Below, in pieces: positions 1-9,075 of a stretch of 64,000 nt of DNA. Where the stretch lies: the NCBI RefSeq assembly GCF_053078305.1, contig NZ_CP166879.1, one strand, 5' to 3'. The position numbers and the translations under genes were made by a program. Under the pieces are notes generated by a model. The model searched no databases. It was not told the origin of the DNA and saw nothing but the letters and a program-made list of their open reading frames with translations. Each line of letters begins with the position of its first letter. The first letter of the stretch is position 1.

Positions 1-590
1 ATCACAGATCTAACCCGACAGGCATCGTGAATTAACAGACTGGAATACTCCGGTTTTACTTGGAAGTAAGGTGCCCGTTCAAAATGCGCCGGACGAACAA
101 CAGGCTCACGTACCAACAGGGCTCTTCGTGATTTCCTACCGGAGCGCTCAAATGCCTTTTCAGTATAGAGATCTGTAAGTAAAACCGCCCGAACCCGCAC
201 AGCACTATAAGGTAATATTTGAGCCAGTACTTCTCCCCACAAAGCCTCATATATTGCATGAACAGCGCCGAGTGCACCATTAGAATGACGTTCGTCAGTA
301 CCTTCGCCAACCAACGGATTACTTCCTATTCCTTTAACCTGGTAGTTACCATCAAACCCACAACGTGCACCACCTCCATTACGCTGAATACCACTGCCAC
401 CATAGCGCTCTGCATGGAACACTTTGGCAGAAGCTGTACTGCCAGGATCGATAATATAACTGCAGGCATTTTGCAGCTCGTCTGGATTTCTGACATCCTC
501 TGCACACCAGATTAATGAGGCCTTGATCTGCCTGGCAGTGAAAGGCACCAGGTTTTCATTCAGTTCAGAAAGTGAACACTGATGACTCAT
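1..590 (-). CDS. mchC: Microcin H47 maturation protein MchC-like, N-terminal part (gene continues past window start)
   Basis: Open frame on minus strand from ATG at 590-588 (MSHQCSLSELNENLVPF...) with no stop to window edge; GGAG Shine-Dalgarno upstream; lies immediately downstream of mchI-mchB as in the H47 cluster. Absent from the ORF track because it is edge-truncated. Identity is by position only. Confidence 0.5.
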   Translation of the reverse strand, partial: MSHQCSLSELNENLVPFTARQIKASLIWCAEDVRNPDELQNACSYIIDPGSTASAKVFHAERYGGSGIQRNGGGARCGFDGNYQVKGIGSNPLVGEGTDERHSNGALGAVHAIYEALWGEVLAQILPYSAVRVRAVLLTDLYTEKAFERSGRKSRRALLVREPVVRPAHFERAPYFQVKPEYSSLLIHDACRVRSV

Positions 591-614
591 CTGGCAGTAT
601 TCTCCGTTTCAATT

Positions 615-640
615 TTCATAAAAGAGTGTTCATAAAAGAG
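615..640. repeat. Tandem direct repeat ttcataaaagag x2 (2-bp spacer) between mchB and mchC
   Basis: Read directly: ttcataaaagag tg ttcataaaagag. Confidence 0.7.
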
Positions 641-861
641 CAAGTAAGTGTCCTGACAGCTTCTTCCTTATTACAGTAAAACTCTATTAATTACACATAA
701 ATTAAAAAATTATTTATCAACGACTGTAAATCATATCTTCATCAGTAAAGTGTTGAACATAAAAACACACTTATAAATGGATCTTCTATCTGTTTTAAAC
801 AAAAAGGATATATTTTACAGGTACTACCGAAAAAGTGCCTGTAAAATAAATAAAAATATAA

Positions 862-1089
862 TTAGCTACCGCCACCAGCAGAAGAACTGGCACTACCACT
901 TCCCACGGTCGAGCCAATTGCTGTTGTCAAACCGGCAGATACGGCTCCAACTACAACCCCAAGTGGACCACCAGGTATTCCGGCGAGAGCTCCAACAATA
1001 GCTGCAGCACCTGCAGCATTAGCTGAAGTAGCTGGCGCACCTCCCGCCCCGGAAATATATCTTAACTGTGATTCTGTTATTTCTCGCAT
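862..1089 (-). CDS. mchB: Microcin H47 precursor (class IIb siderophore-microcin)
   Basis: 75 aa, MREITESQLRYISGAGGA double-glycine-type leader followed by Gly/Ala-rich core and Ser-rich C-terminus; matches my recollection of MchB. Confidence 0.9.
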   Translation of the reverse strand: MREITESQLRYISGAGGAPATSANAAGAAAIVGALAGIPGGPLGVVVGAVSAGLTTAIGSTVGSGSASSSAGGGS

Positions 1090-1116
1090 ATAAACTGCAT
1101 ATAAACTCCATCATAT

Positions 1117-1326
1117 TTAACTTCCGTTTTTCCAGCCTGACCAGACCAGAATCCTTCGAATCCCATGAATCAGCTCAATAAAACCAAGAAATATTATAAA
1201 GCTTAGAAAAACGTCAACATAAGAATTCCCTTCGCCAACAATCCGAAGGGATGAAAGTGAAACCAATAAGATAGTAATAGGTAAACTGAATATAGCCGTC
1301 AATTGGGACAGTTTTTTATAACTCAT
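1117..1326 (-). CDS. mchI: Microcin H47 immunity protein
   Basis: 69-aa hydrophobic membrane peptide immediately upstream of mchB on the same strand. Confidence 0.85.
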   Translation of the reverse strand: MSYKKLSQLTAIFSLPITILLVSLSSLRIVGEGNSYVDVFLSFIIFLGFIELIHGIRRILVWSGWKNGS

Positions 1327-1738
1327 TAATCCCTACCTGTTGCTTTATTTTCATTATGAAAAGTTACCAAATCTTAGCACCTCAGTCAGGAGAGTCAGGT
1401 CATCGATAAAGAATATTCCAGTAGAGTGGCGCTCATGATCAAAGATAACAGCAAAGTTGATGACAGCGCTGACCGACTGTCATTTACAGAAACCCTGTTT
1501 GTAGCACATTCCATCTTACCTGACCTCACCCAGACAAAGACAAAAGAGAATGATTGTTATTTACTTTTCAAAAAAAAGTGTCATATTGTCCATATAAAGT
1601 CAAGAGGTATTTTACGTTATGTCACTGATGCAATTGTTAGTCAGGATCTCATGGTTGTCGCTCATGTATAACCTGAGACTTGAACGCACACTAATAGCAC
1701 TGACGGTCATACATCGGGAAATGTGAGGAGGCATAAGA

Positions 1739-1984
1739 ATGAATTGTGATAATAATCACAGAAATGAAGAATTCATTGTTACCTTTGATAAAGGCAACAA
1801 GCAAGACAATTCAAGACGAAAACACGATAATTTTCCTATAGAGGTAGAATCCTCCGTAGAGCAGGAGACACACTGTATCACAAATAATAAGTCGGCTTCC
1901 GGTATAGTAACACATGACTATGATGCCGATTATATTTGTGGTTGTGGTGAAATTATGTGTCCTGGTTGCGGTCATGACCTATAA
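1739..1984 (+). CDS. Hypothetical small protein with C-terminal Cys cluster (CGCGEIMCPGCGH)
   Basis: 81-aa ORF preceded by AGGAGG Shine-Dalgarno; AT-rich like the neighbouring microcin genes; no double-glycine leader. Confidence 0.4.
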   Translation: MNCDNNHRNEEFIVTFDKGNKQDNSRRKHDNFPIEVESSVEQETHCITNNKSASGIVTHDYDADYICGCGEIMCPGCGHDL

Positions 1985-2139
1985 CAAACATTTTTGCAAA
2001 CTGATACCTGATCAGGTACAAGCCTGTTGATTATTATGCTGAATATTTCATGTTATAAAACCATCGATATAAACATTAACAAGAAAAAACATATATTGTT
2101 TATCTGAACATTTATCGATGGAAAACCAAAGGGGAAAGT

Positions 2140-2574
2140 ATGTATCTTACGAAAAAGATTATAATAAGTATGATGTTTATATTACCATCTGCTGCATTTT
2201 CATCAGATCCACCTCCCCTTCAACAATCGTTAGAAAAAACAACCTATTTTTCTATAGGTATGAATGGGTTTATAGGCTATCAGAGCGAAGGGGAAAAATT
2301 ATACACACACATTCTTACATTAGATAATCCCGAAGAGATATTTAAAAATATAATAAAAAATAGAAAGTCAACTAAGGAGTCTAAAATTTATGCTGCTTGT
2401 GGGCTATATTATTTAAACGTAGAAAATATAGAGTCATTGTTTAATGAAAATGATAAACAAGAATATGTGTCTGTCTTAAGAGGGGATATTTTAACAAAAA
2501 TAAAACTGAATGATATTCTGAATTCTGTGATAATAAATGGTTGCAACACCAAATTAATATCTGAACATAAATGA
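2140..2574 (+). CDS. mchS3: Putative microcin I47 immunity protein (MchS3-like)
   Basis: 144 aa with N-terminal hydrophobic segment; 16 bp upstream of the I47 precursor gene (immunity-before-structural gene arrangement). Confidence 0.55.
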   Translation: MYLTKKIIISMMFILPSAAFSSDPPPLQQSLEKTTYFSIGMNGFIGYQSEGEKLYTHILTLDNPEEIFKNIIKNRKSTKESKIYAACGLYYLNVENIESLFNENDKQEYVSVLRGDILTKIKLNDILNSVIINGCNTKLISEHK

Positions 2575-2590
2575 GCAGGAGGTCTTTAAA

Positions 2591-2824
2591 ATGAGAGAAA
2601 TATCAGATCACATGCTTGATTTCGTGAAAGGAGGGATGAATCTTAATGGATTACCTAGTTCTACTAATGTAATAGATCTACGAGGAAAAGATATGGGAAC
2701 ATATATTGATGCTAATGGAGCATGCTGGGCTCCGGGTACTCCATCCATCATCATGTATCCGGGGGGAAGTGGACCTTCTTATAGTATGAGTAGTTCCACA
2801 TCCAGTGCAAACAGCGGCAGTTAA
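2591..2824 (+). CDS. mchS2: Microcin I47 precursor (MchS2)
   Basis: 77 aa; MREISDHMLDFVKGG leader (GG cleavage motif), Ser-rich C-terminus SSSTSSANSGS typical of siderophore-microcins; GGAGG Shine-Dalgarno. Confidence 0.8.
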   Translation: MREISDHMLDFVKGGMNLNGLPSSTNVIDLRGKDMGTYIDANGACWAPGTPSIIMYPGGSGPSYSMSSSTSSANSGS

Positions 2825-2830
2825 ATAAAT

Positions 2831-2858
2831 ACCCTCCGGCATGGCCGGAGGGTATTTA
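2831..2858 (+). terminator. Rho-independent terminator after mchS2
   Basis: Stem accctccggc / gccggagggt with 3-nt loop followed by T-rich tract. Confidence 0.5.
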
Positions 2859-3112
2859 TGATGTGCCTGTAAGACTCTACTTCTGTCGTCTCTTTACAAA
2901 GGCATATGATCTGTCATTTTGTACCAGACATCTTAACGAGAGCCTTTTCATATATTACTTACATACGTGAAATCTACAGTATAAAGCAAAAATTTTATTA
3001 AACCTGTTTTATATTTATCATCAATACAACAGATTTAATTCCGGAAAGTCACTCATCATCCCTTGAATGAACGTCATTTGATGTATTATTCTTACACTTG
3101 GATTAATTTAAG

Positions 3113-4387
3113 ATGATACCTATGAAAAACTATCTTTTCCAGACACCCGAAGATATTTGTGTACAGTTAAAAAAAATGACACATCCTGTCACAATAAGAA
3201 CAACAGATATTGCTAATTTCTGGCACTATCTTGAGTCAGCAACACTTCCAGTGATCACAAAAAGCACCACTACAGAAAATCGGGAGGTTACATTTCTGTG
3301 GCGCTCAGAGAAAGCACTGCAAGGCGTATATCTTCGCCTGAATCGTGTAACAGATAAAAAAGACGTCAAAAAAGGACTAATGACTCATATCCCTTCGACA
3401 GATATCTGGATGCTGACACTGGTGTTACCAGCTTCATATCGGGGCTCATACTCATTTATAGAAATTCCCACAGATATGACACAAAAAGACATATTTCAAC
3501 TAGGAAGTCGCTTCTCTCCATTACCCGGTAAATCTGATCCATTTAACAAAACAGCAGAAATAAATATACGAGGATTCGGAGAATCAGTCCTTTCTCTTGA
3601 TATGGCTCCTGAACAAAAGGAATGGGATGATACTTCCCATAAATGTACAGGTATTCTTTCAACATTACATTCCTTTGTTGCAGGATATCAACGCCGGATT
3701 CGTTTATATTTTCCCCTGAATCCAACATCAGTACCTCTTGGATTACTTGTGTTACCTGATGCTGAAACATGGTTTGACCGGATAGATATTACCCGGGCAT
3801 TAGATATGGCCATCACCACTGGTCGTATCACGCCAATGGCAATTATGGGGATAGACAATATTAATGAATCTGATCGTATGAATATACTGGGAGGCAATAA
3901 AGAACTCATCTTTGATATAGCGGAAAATCTGATACCCCAGTTATACAGAGACTATCCGGATATCGTATGGGCTGGTCGCTCTAATACTGTACTGGCCGGG
4001 CAGAGCCTCGGTGGAGTGACAGCACTGATGGCAGCTATATATGCGTCGACAACATTTGGTACAATCATTAGTCACTCACCTTCAATGTGGTGGAACCCTG
4101 ACCAGGGCAGCCCGATCTTGTTTACTGAGAATAATACCTCCTGGGTAAGTGAGCAGATACTTTCAGCGCCTCCGAAAGATGTAAATATTCGACTTGGAGT
4201 CGGTTCTTTAGAAGGTACAACCGTCTCACATGTTCAGCGATTGCATCATTCGTTAATCGCAGCTGGTTTGGAAAGTAACCTCACTGTCTATACCGGTGGT
4301 CACGATTATGCTTGGTGGCGCGGAGCAATTATTGATGAATTAGCAAATTATAATTGCAGGAAGGTATCAAATAATAACTCTGTGTAA
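3113..4387 (+). CDS. mchS1: Enterobactin/salmochelin esterase (Fes/IroD-like), MchS1-type
   Basis: 424 aa with GQSLGG serine-hydrolase motif; sits between microcin genes and the IroB-like glycosyltransferase. Confidence 0.75.
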   Translation: MIPMKNYLFQTPEDICVQLKKMTHPVTIRTTDIANFWHYLESATLPVITKSTTTENREVTFLWRSEKALQGVYLRLNRVTDKKDVKKGLMTHIPSTDIWMLTLVLPASYRGSYSFIEIPTDMTQKDIFQLGSRFSPLPGKSDPFNKTAEINIRGFGESVLSLDMAPEQKEWDDTSHKCTGILSTLHSFVAGYQRRIRLYFPLNPTSVPLGLLVLPDAETWFDRIDITRALDMAITTGRITPMAIMGIDNINESDRMNILGGNKELIFDIAENLIPQLYRDYPDIVWAGRSNTVLAGQSLGGVTALMAAIYASTTFGTIISHSPSMWWNPDQGSPILFTENNTSWVSEQILSAPPKDVNIRLGVGSLEGTTVSHVQRLHHSLIAAGLESNLTVYTGGHDYAWWRGAIIDELANYNCRKVSNNNSV

Positions 4388-4456
4388 AATATCTTTTTAT
4401 CGTCCGATAACTCTTTCTGCAATATTATTATGGGAGACTATCTCATTTATTTAGTG

Positions 4457-4485
4457 ATGTCCTTCATTTATGTGATGAAGGACAT
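4457..4485. terminator. Hairpin between convergent mchS1 and mchA
   Basis: Inverted repeat atgtccttcat / atgaaggacat with 7-nt loop. Confidence 0.45.
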
Positions 4486-4528
4486 TATATTACTCATAAC
4501 ATTTCTCGTTGAAAATTTCAGCAATACG

Positions 4529-5653
4529 CTACAATTGTTTCCCGTTGTTTTTTAATTTTCTCATCAAAACCTCTGCAATCTCTGCAGGACTGGGTTGTTC
4601 AGCCATTTCAGCGGCTACCTGATCTGAACAGAAGCGTAGTGAATCATCATAAAGCAGGCGATTTACCAAATCACTAGTCAGTCCATGCTTGTCCGGAATA
4701 ATCCCACACCCACGCTTCGCAACAATTTCTGCATTAACAGAGCGATCTGCACCTTCGCCAAACACAATCTGTGGTATTCCACTATACAGCGCTGTCAGGG
4801 TATTACCTGCGCCACCGTGATGAATAAATCCATCAGCTCCATTAAGGAATACACCCATAGGTATCCAGTCAACCAGACGTACATTTGATGGTAGTTTTCG
4901 TAAACCAGTACGAGCATTTATTGCAAGTTGCAAAATGATATCAGCATCAACTTCATTTGCAGAATCCATAACCCATGAAATCAGCTCCAGACCATCAACC
5001 ATTGGTTTTACAGTGCCAAGGCTGATAAGTAAACGTTTCCGATCAGAATCCCTGTCCCACCATGTTTCCTTTACAGCACCTCCGTTATAAGGAATATATC
5101 TCATTGAGATAACCGGTTCTCCAGCATTTTTAAGAATGCTCATACTTGGGGGAGCAACATCAATCCATGCTAAATCACATAGTGGACCGCTGACTCCATG
5201 CCGCCTGTAAGCATTGCTTAAAGAACGGTTTAACATCTGAATATGGGCAGATGTATGCGCGAATCCAACAGCCAGCATCACTGAAGGAATTCTATATTTA
5301 GCAGCAACCAATGGGCCTGCCGGACCAAGAGGGGGATAGACTATTAAATCTGGCCTCCATTTTCCTGCAAAATTGATGAGGTTATCTGCCATTTCATCGC
5401 TAAAAAAAGAGAAATGACCAATAATATTACTTTTTTTCCTCAACTCTTCCTGATGGCGATATCCAGCCTCTGAATCTAAACCTGGAACTGCATCAAAAAC
5501 AACCAGTCCAGCTTCTGCTGCTTTATTCGCGAATTTGCCAGCGCTACTAATTACTACATCATGTCCAATTACACGAAAGGCCTGAGCCAGAGAAATCAAT
5601 GGGTATAACAAACCGTACAGCGGTGGGCCAATAAAAAGAATACGTTTTCGCAT
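4529..5653 (-). CDS. mchA: IroB-like glycosyltransferase (enterobactin C-glucosyltransferase), MchA
   Basis: 374 aa with GT1 glycosyltransferase-like features (N-terminal MRKRILFIGPP..., C-terminal HHGGAGNT motif). Confidence 0.8.
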   Translation of the reverse strand: MRKRILFIGPPLYGLLYPLISLAQAFRVIGHDVVISSAGKFANKAAEAGLVVFDAVPGLDSEAGYRHQEELRKKSNIIGHFSFFSDEMADNLINFAGKWRPDLIVYPPLGPAGPLVAAKYRIPSVMLAVGFAHTSAHIQMLNRSLSNAYRRHGVSGPLCDLAWIDVAPPSMSILKNAGEPVISMRYIPYNGGAVKETWWDRDSDRKRLLISLGTVKPMVDGLELISWVMDSANEVDADIILQLAINARTGLRKLPSNVRLVDWIPMGVFLNGADGFIHHGGAGNTLTALYSGIPQIVFGEGADRSVNAEIVAKRGCGIIPDKHGLTSDLVNRLLYDDSLRFCSDQVAAEMAEQPSPAEIAEVLMRKLKNNGKQL

Positions 5654-6367
5654 TAAAAAAGTCCGTCTTCTGCTTACCTGTTTATTTTTCTATCTCTAAG
5701 AAAACATAATTAATATTATTTTTATGTGAGCTTATGCACAAAAATAACCAAGTATATTATCTTCTGGTAGAGATACAGGATACAGTTTGTAGGAGCTTTC
5801 TTTTTTGAACAATGATTTGCAGGACAGTTATGCTAAACTAGCGGAATCAGTATCACAACAATAAATGACTGTTCATACCTGAAATTTGAATTAACAGGCA
5901 TCATGAATGTCAATAGTCTAAGCGGTGACTACTTATATCGCTTGCATAAATACTAAACACTGACTAGAAAAGTATTGGATAACCCCGTCACTAAAAGTAA
6001 CGCTTCGGTTATTTGCTCGGAATGTATTAACGCCAAGATTGTTAGCCGTTACGCCTTATATCACTGGCGCTGACAAATGTTTCTTTTCTAATTTACTGAA
6101 CCGGCGCAGACACGCAGGAAAGCACGCCGGCACCGGTGTAATGCCAGTTCTAATCAATAAGAATGGAATGACGAATCAGTCAGGAAGGGATAACAACCCG
6201 CTGCTGAACGGAAGGTATCAGCAGGAAGATGAACGGGAATATCGCCAGCACCAAGGGCAGGGCCGGGTTCCACAATACCAGCGCTGGCATTTTGCACATT
6301 GCCAGCGTACCGGCATTACAACACGTTTCATGCTGCTGCCCCCAGGATTCCTCGATTCGTTGCTACA

Positions 6368-6405
6368 TCCACTGCTCTACTTCACTTCCACTGCTCCACT
6401 TCACT
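6368..6405. repeat. Tandem 19-bp direct repeat (1 mismatch) spanning the alpA copy-1 stop codon
   Basis: tccactgctctacttcact / tccactgctccacttcact read directly. Confidence 0.75.
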
Positions 6406-6579
6406 TTTGTACCAGCGGCTGCTGCGCCCCAGTTTGATGGGTTTAGGGAAATGGCCTTCACTGATCAACTTGTAAAACCATTTGTCGGTCATACCGGTGA
6501 AACTGGTGATATAGTTCATGTCGATCAGGGAATTATCGGCACGCAGAAATACGCTGTCGTGGCTTGTTGTAGTCAACAT
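6382..6579 (-). CDS. alpA: AlpA-family (phage Vis/AlpA) transcriptional regulator, copy 1
   Basis: 65 aa; ...MTDKWFYKLISEGHFPKPIKLGRSSRWYKSEVEQWK matches the AlpA family signature. Confidence 0.8.
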   Translation of the reverse strand: MLTTTSHDSVFLRADNSLIDMNYITSFTGMTDKWFYKLISEGHFPKPIKLGRSSRWYKSEVEQWK

Positions 6580-6644
6580 GGTCAGAATGTCCTGTGAGAT
6601 TTATGAAGATTGTGCGAATGCGGGGAATCTGCTGAGCTGTGCTT

Positions 6645-6860
6645 TCAGAACTGGCCTGTTACGGGATACCAGGGATTACCGGCGGGGTAACGGGCTTCCG
6701 GATCATACACACCACGATTATCGCGGACAAAATCACTGAACGCCCATATCACCTCTTTAAGTATGTCTTCGCAGTCCGGTAAATGACGATCCAGCGCCAC
6801 ATCCCGGGTGGTACAGCTTTGATGCGCCCGGTGACACAAAGCCCGGATTGTTCCAGACAT
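6645..6860 (-). CDS. Hypothetical 71-aa protein between the Gp2-family gene and alpA
   Basis: ATG-initiated ORF co-oriented with flanking genes; weak ribosome-binding site. Confidence 0.3.
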   Translation of the reverse strand: MSGTIRALCHRAHQSCTTRDVALDRHLPDCEDILKEVIWAFSDFVRDNRGVYDPEARYPAGNPWYPVTGQF

Positions 6861-6964
6861 CCTGAATCAAACGCCCCAGATTAGGGGCGTCGAAATATGC
6901 CTCTCTGACCATTATATTCCGGCGTACAGGTAGCAGGTCTGAAGTGACAATGCGTCACCTGACG

Positions 6965-7531
6965 TTAAAAGTCACTACACCCAAGATGACGTTCAATGGC
7001 ACCATAGGATTCAATGTAAGCCCGGGCCGTCTGTTCCAGTACACCAGGCTCAGCGTTGTATGTGTTAGCTGCATCAAATACCAACGACAACACTTCAGGA
7101 TACACAACCAGATGTGTAATGGAGTTATCTTCACTCAATACTTTTCCCCACGCCTGCTCAATCAGATTTCTTAGAACCACCACCTCACGACTCTTACACC
7201 AGACATCGTTATTAAGTAGCAGCACCATAAGATAAGGAGTGGTATCGTTAGCCACAGCTTCCCTACTCCAGAGATAATATAAAGGGGTGGGCTCAACAGA
7301 TTGATCTTTACGTCGCTTACACTGCAAATATTCAGAAATGAGTCTATGCAGTTCACCAGTAAAATCAGCCATCAGAGAGGGAATGGCCTTATTAATACCC
7401 TGCCCTGGTATTAATTTAAATTGTAATAATTTAATTTCAGGATGTGTGGCTGCAGCCCGATACAGAGTTGCAAGGACACACTTTTGCCAGAGGGCGTTAC
7501 AGGAAAGCTTAACATTTGATTCTGTATACAT
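6965..7531 (-). CDS. Inovirus Gp2-like / YfjJ-YagK family protein, copy 1
   Basis: 188 aa with the hydrophobic core motif (YLMVLLLNNDVW) seen in YfjJ/YagK family; AAGGTG Shine-Dalgarno. Confidence 0.7.
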   Translation of the reverse strand: MYTESNVKLSCNALWQKCVLATLYRAAATHPEIKLLQFKLIPGQGINKAIPSLMADFTGELHRLISEYLQCKRRKDQSVEPTPLYYLWSREAVANDTTPYLMVLLLNNDVWCKSREVVVLRNLIEQAWGKVLSEDNSITHLVVYPEVLSLVFDAANTYNAEPGVLEQTARAYIESYGAIERHLGCSDF

Positions 7532-7598
7532 AATAAATCACCTTACAGTTACAACAGGTCAAAAACCGCTGTAGCCAGAGTTACGCTGGCCTGATGCT

Positions 7599-7808
7599 TT
7601 AGCATCGGGCTTCGTCAAATAATCCAGAATCCAGACGTGCCAATAAGCGCTGATACTGCTCAGGGAAATCAGGAGCATTAATATCCTGGATGTCACGTCC
7701 ATTAGCAGGGAAATGAACAATGCAGCCCCCTGGATTAACTATGCAGAAATCATCCTGAGGCACTGATAAATACGGAGAGGACTCTCGCGTATGGTTGATT
7801 GACACCAC
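7599..7808 (-). pseudogene. Possible gene remnant (ORF lacking an ATG start)
   Basis: 69-codon frame starting with GTG, no in-frame ATG; protein-like C-terminus (DFPEQYQRLLARLDSGLFDEA). Confidence 0.25.
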
Positions 7809-8009
7809 AGTGCGAATTCGGCGGATGCGAGATCACGGTACGATTCCGCACCACACTACCAATCAATACCCCGGGTTTTATTCAGGTAAGCAGGACTGCG
7901 GATATCCGGTGTCGCGCCGTTGTGTCACGAACGGGGTGGGTGCGAAACACCGGATAAAATACAGGTTGGCAATACCTCTGAACGCCCTGCGCAGAGCGGG
8001 GATTTCGGA

Positions 8010-8816
8010 TTAAGTACTCGCACCTCCGCAGTCCTCAAACAAGTCTGGCTGGTAGCTGTAAACAGACTTCGTACATACCGCTCTGCAATAAATCCCCGTA
8101 CCACAGGCCTCACAGAACTTCTTCCCATGAAAAAACTGCTCACACATCACACAATGCCACTCCAGCACGACCGATAATGGCGATAAAAACATCGCCATAT
8201 CCTCAATGTAAGGGTGGGACTTTTCCGGATTCAGCACCACACAGTCCGCCTTCTGTTGCTCACTCAGGGCATGTAAATCATGCTCAAACCATGCCCCCTG
8301 AGCATCTGTCTGCAGAATCAACCGGCCATGGCAGGAAAGGCAGAAACAATGCCGGATATTTCTGCTGAGCGCAGAGTCGGCACTGATAATGTGTTCACCC
8401 GGCGTGATCCCCAGCCCCGTTTTTATACCGTTCATTCTGCTACCCCCCTCCTCACTGAAGCGTCCGGTCTGGCAGTGTGTGCAGTACCGCTCCCCATAAT
8501 AATCGTGGTGACATTGTCTGCAGTGCCAGCTGGCTTTACGCACCACGGGTAAGGCATCCGGGACGAATTGCTGCAGACGTTTAATCAACTGTATTTCTCT
8601 GCGTTCCGGCCTGACATAAGGACATTGCTGCGCGTGCTCCGTCAGCCCTTCGTCAGCGTGTTCAAACCAGGGCCGTTCAGTGTCGTATTGCGGGTGGTAT
8701 CTGAGTGCACTGCCGCAAAGGTGGCAGGTGTAGCGGTCGTAAGGCGCAGTCTGTGCGGTACGGGCCCCCGTCAGACGTCCGTTGCCATCAAGAGCGAGAA
8801 AGGATTTTGCGTACAT
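8010..8816 (-). CDS. Cys/His-rich protein with internally duplicated zinc-ribbon-like motifs
   Basis: 268 aa; two halves each carrying CxxC ... WFEH ... WHCxxC ... CxxC patterns; GAGGAA Shine-Dalgarno. Confidence 0.65.
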   Translation of the reverse strand: MYAKSFLALDGNGRLTGARTAQTAPYDRYTCHLCGSALRYHPQYDTERPWFEHADEGLTEHAQQCPYVRPERREIQLIKRLQQFVPDALPVVRKASWHCRQCHHDYYGERYCTHCQTGRFSEEGGSRMNGIKTGLGITPGEHIISADSALSRNIRHCFCLSCHGRLILQTDAQGAWFEHDLHALSEQQKADCVVLNPEKSHPYIEDMAMFLSPLSVVLEWHCVMCEQFFHGKKFCEACGTGIYCRAVCTKSVYSYQPDLFEDCGGAST

Positions 8817-9075
8817 AGTATATATTCCTCAGCCGCCAGACGACACGCAGGCAACAGCCGTCCAGGTACGGGCAGCGTGGTCAGGTGTGAATGGCGGTTC
8901 AGTTAAAATCTGGACTGGAGTTTGGGTAAAGCAGGCTGGTTGCTGTTACAGCACTGTGGTTGTCACACAATGGCCCACTGACGTAAAAAACAGTCAGTGG
9001 GCGAGTGGATACATCGTTGCCGCCAGACAACAACCCATACTTTTGGTTTGCCGGGTATTGGTGCGCCTGTCGTGT

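Noticed and set aside
56-310. 84-aa minus-strand ORF from the track
   Set aside because: It is in a different frame from, and entirely inside, the uninterrupted mchC-like reading frame that runs from 590 to the window edge
1327-1440. Possible mchX-like leader ORF upstream of mchI
   Set aside because: Only 12-13-codon frames are present; I cannot match them to a known mchX sequence from memory
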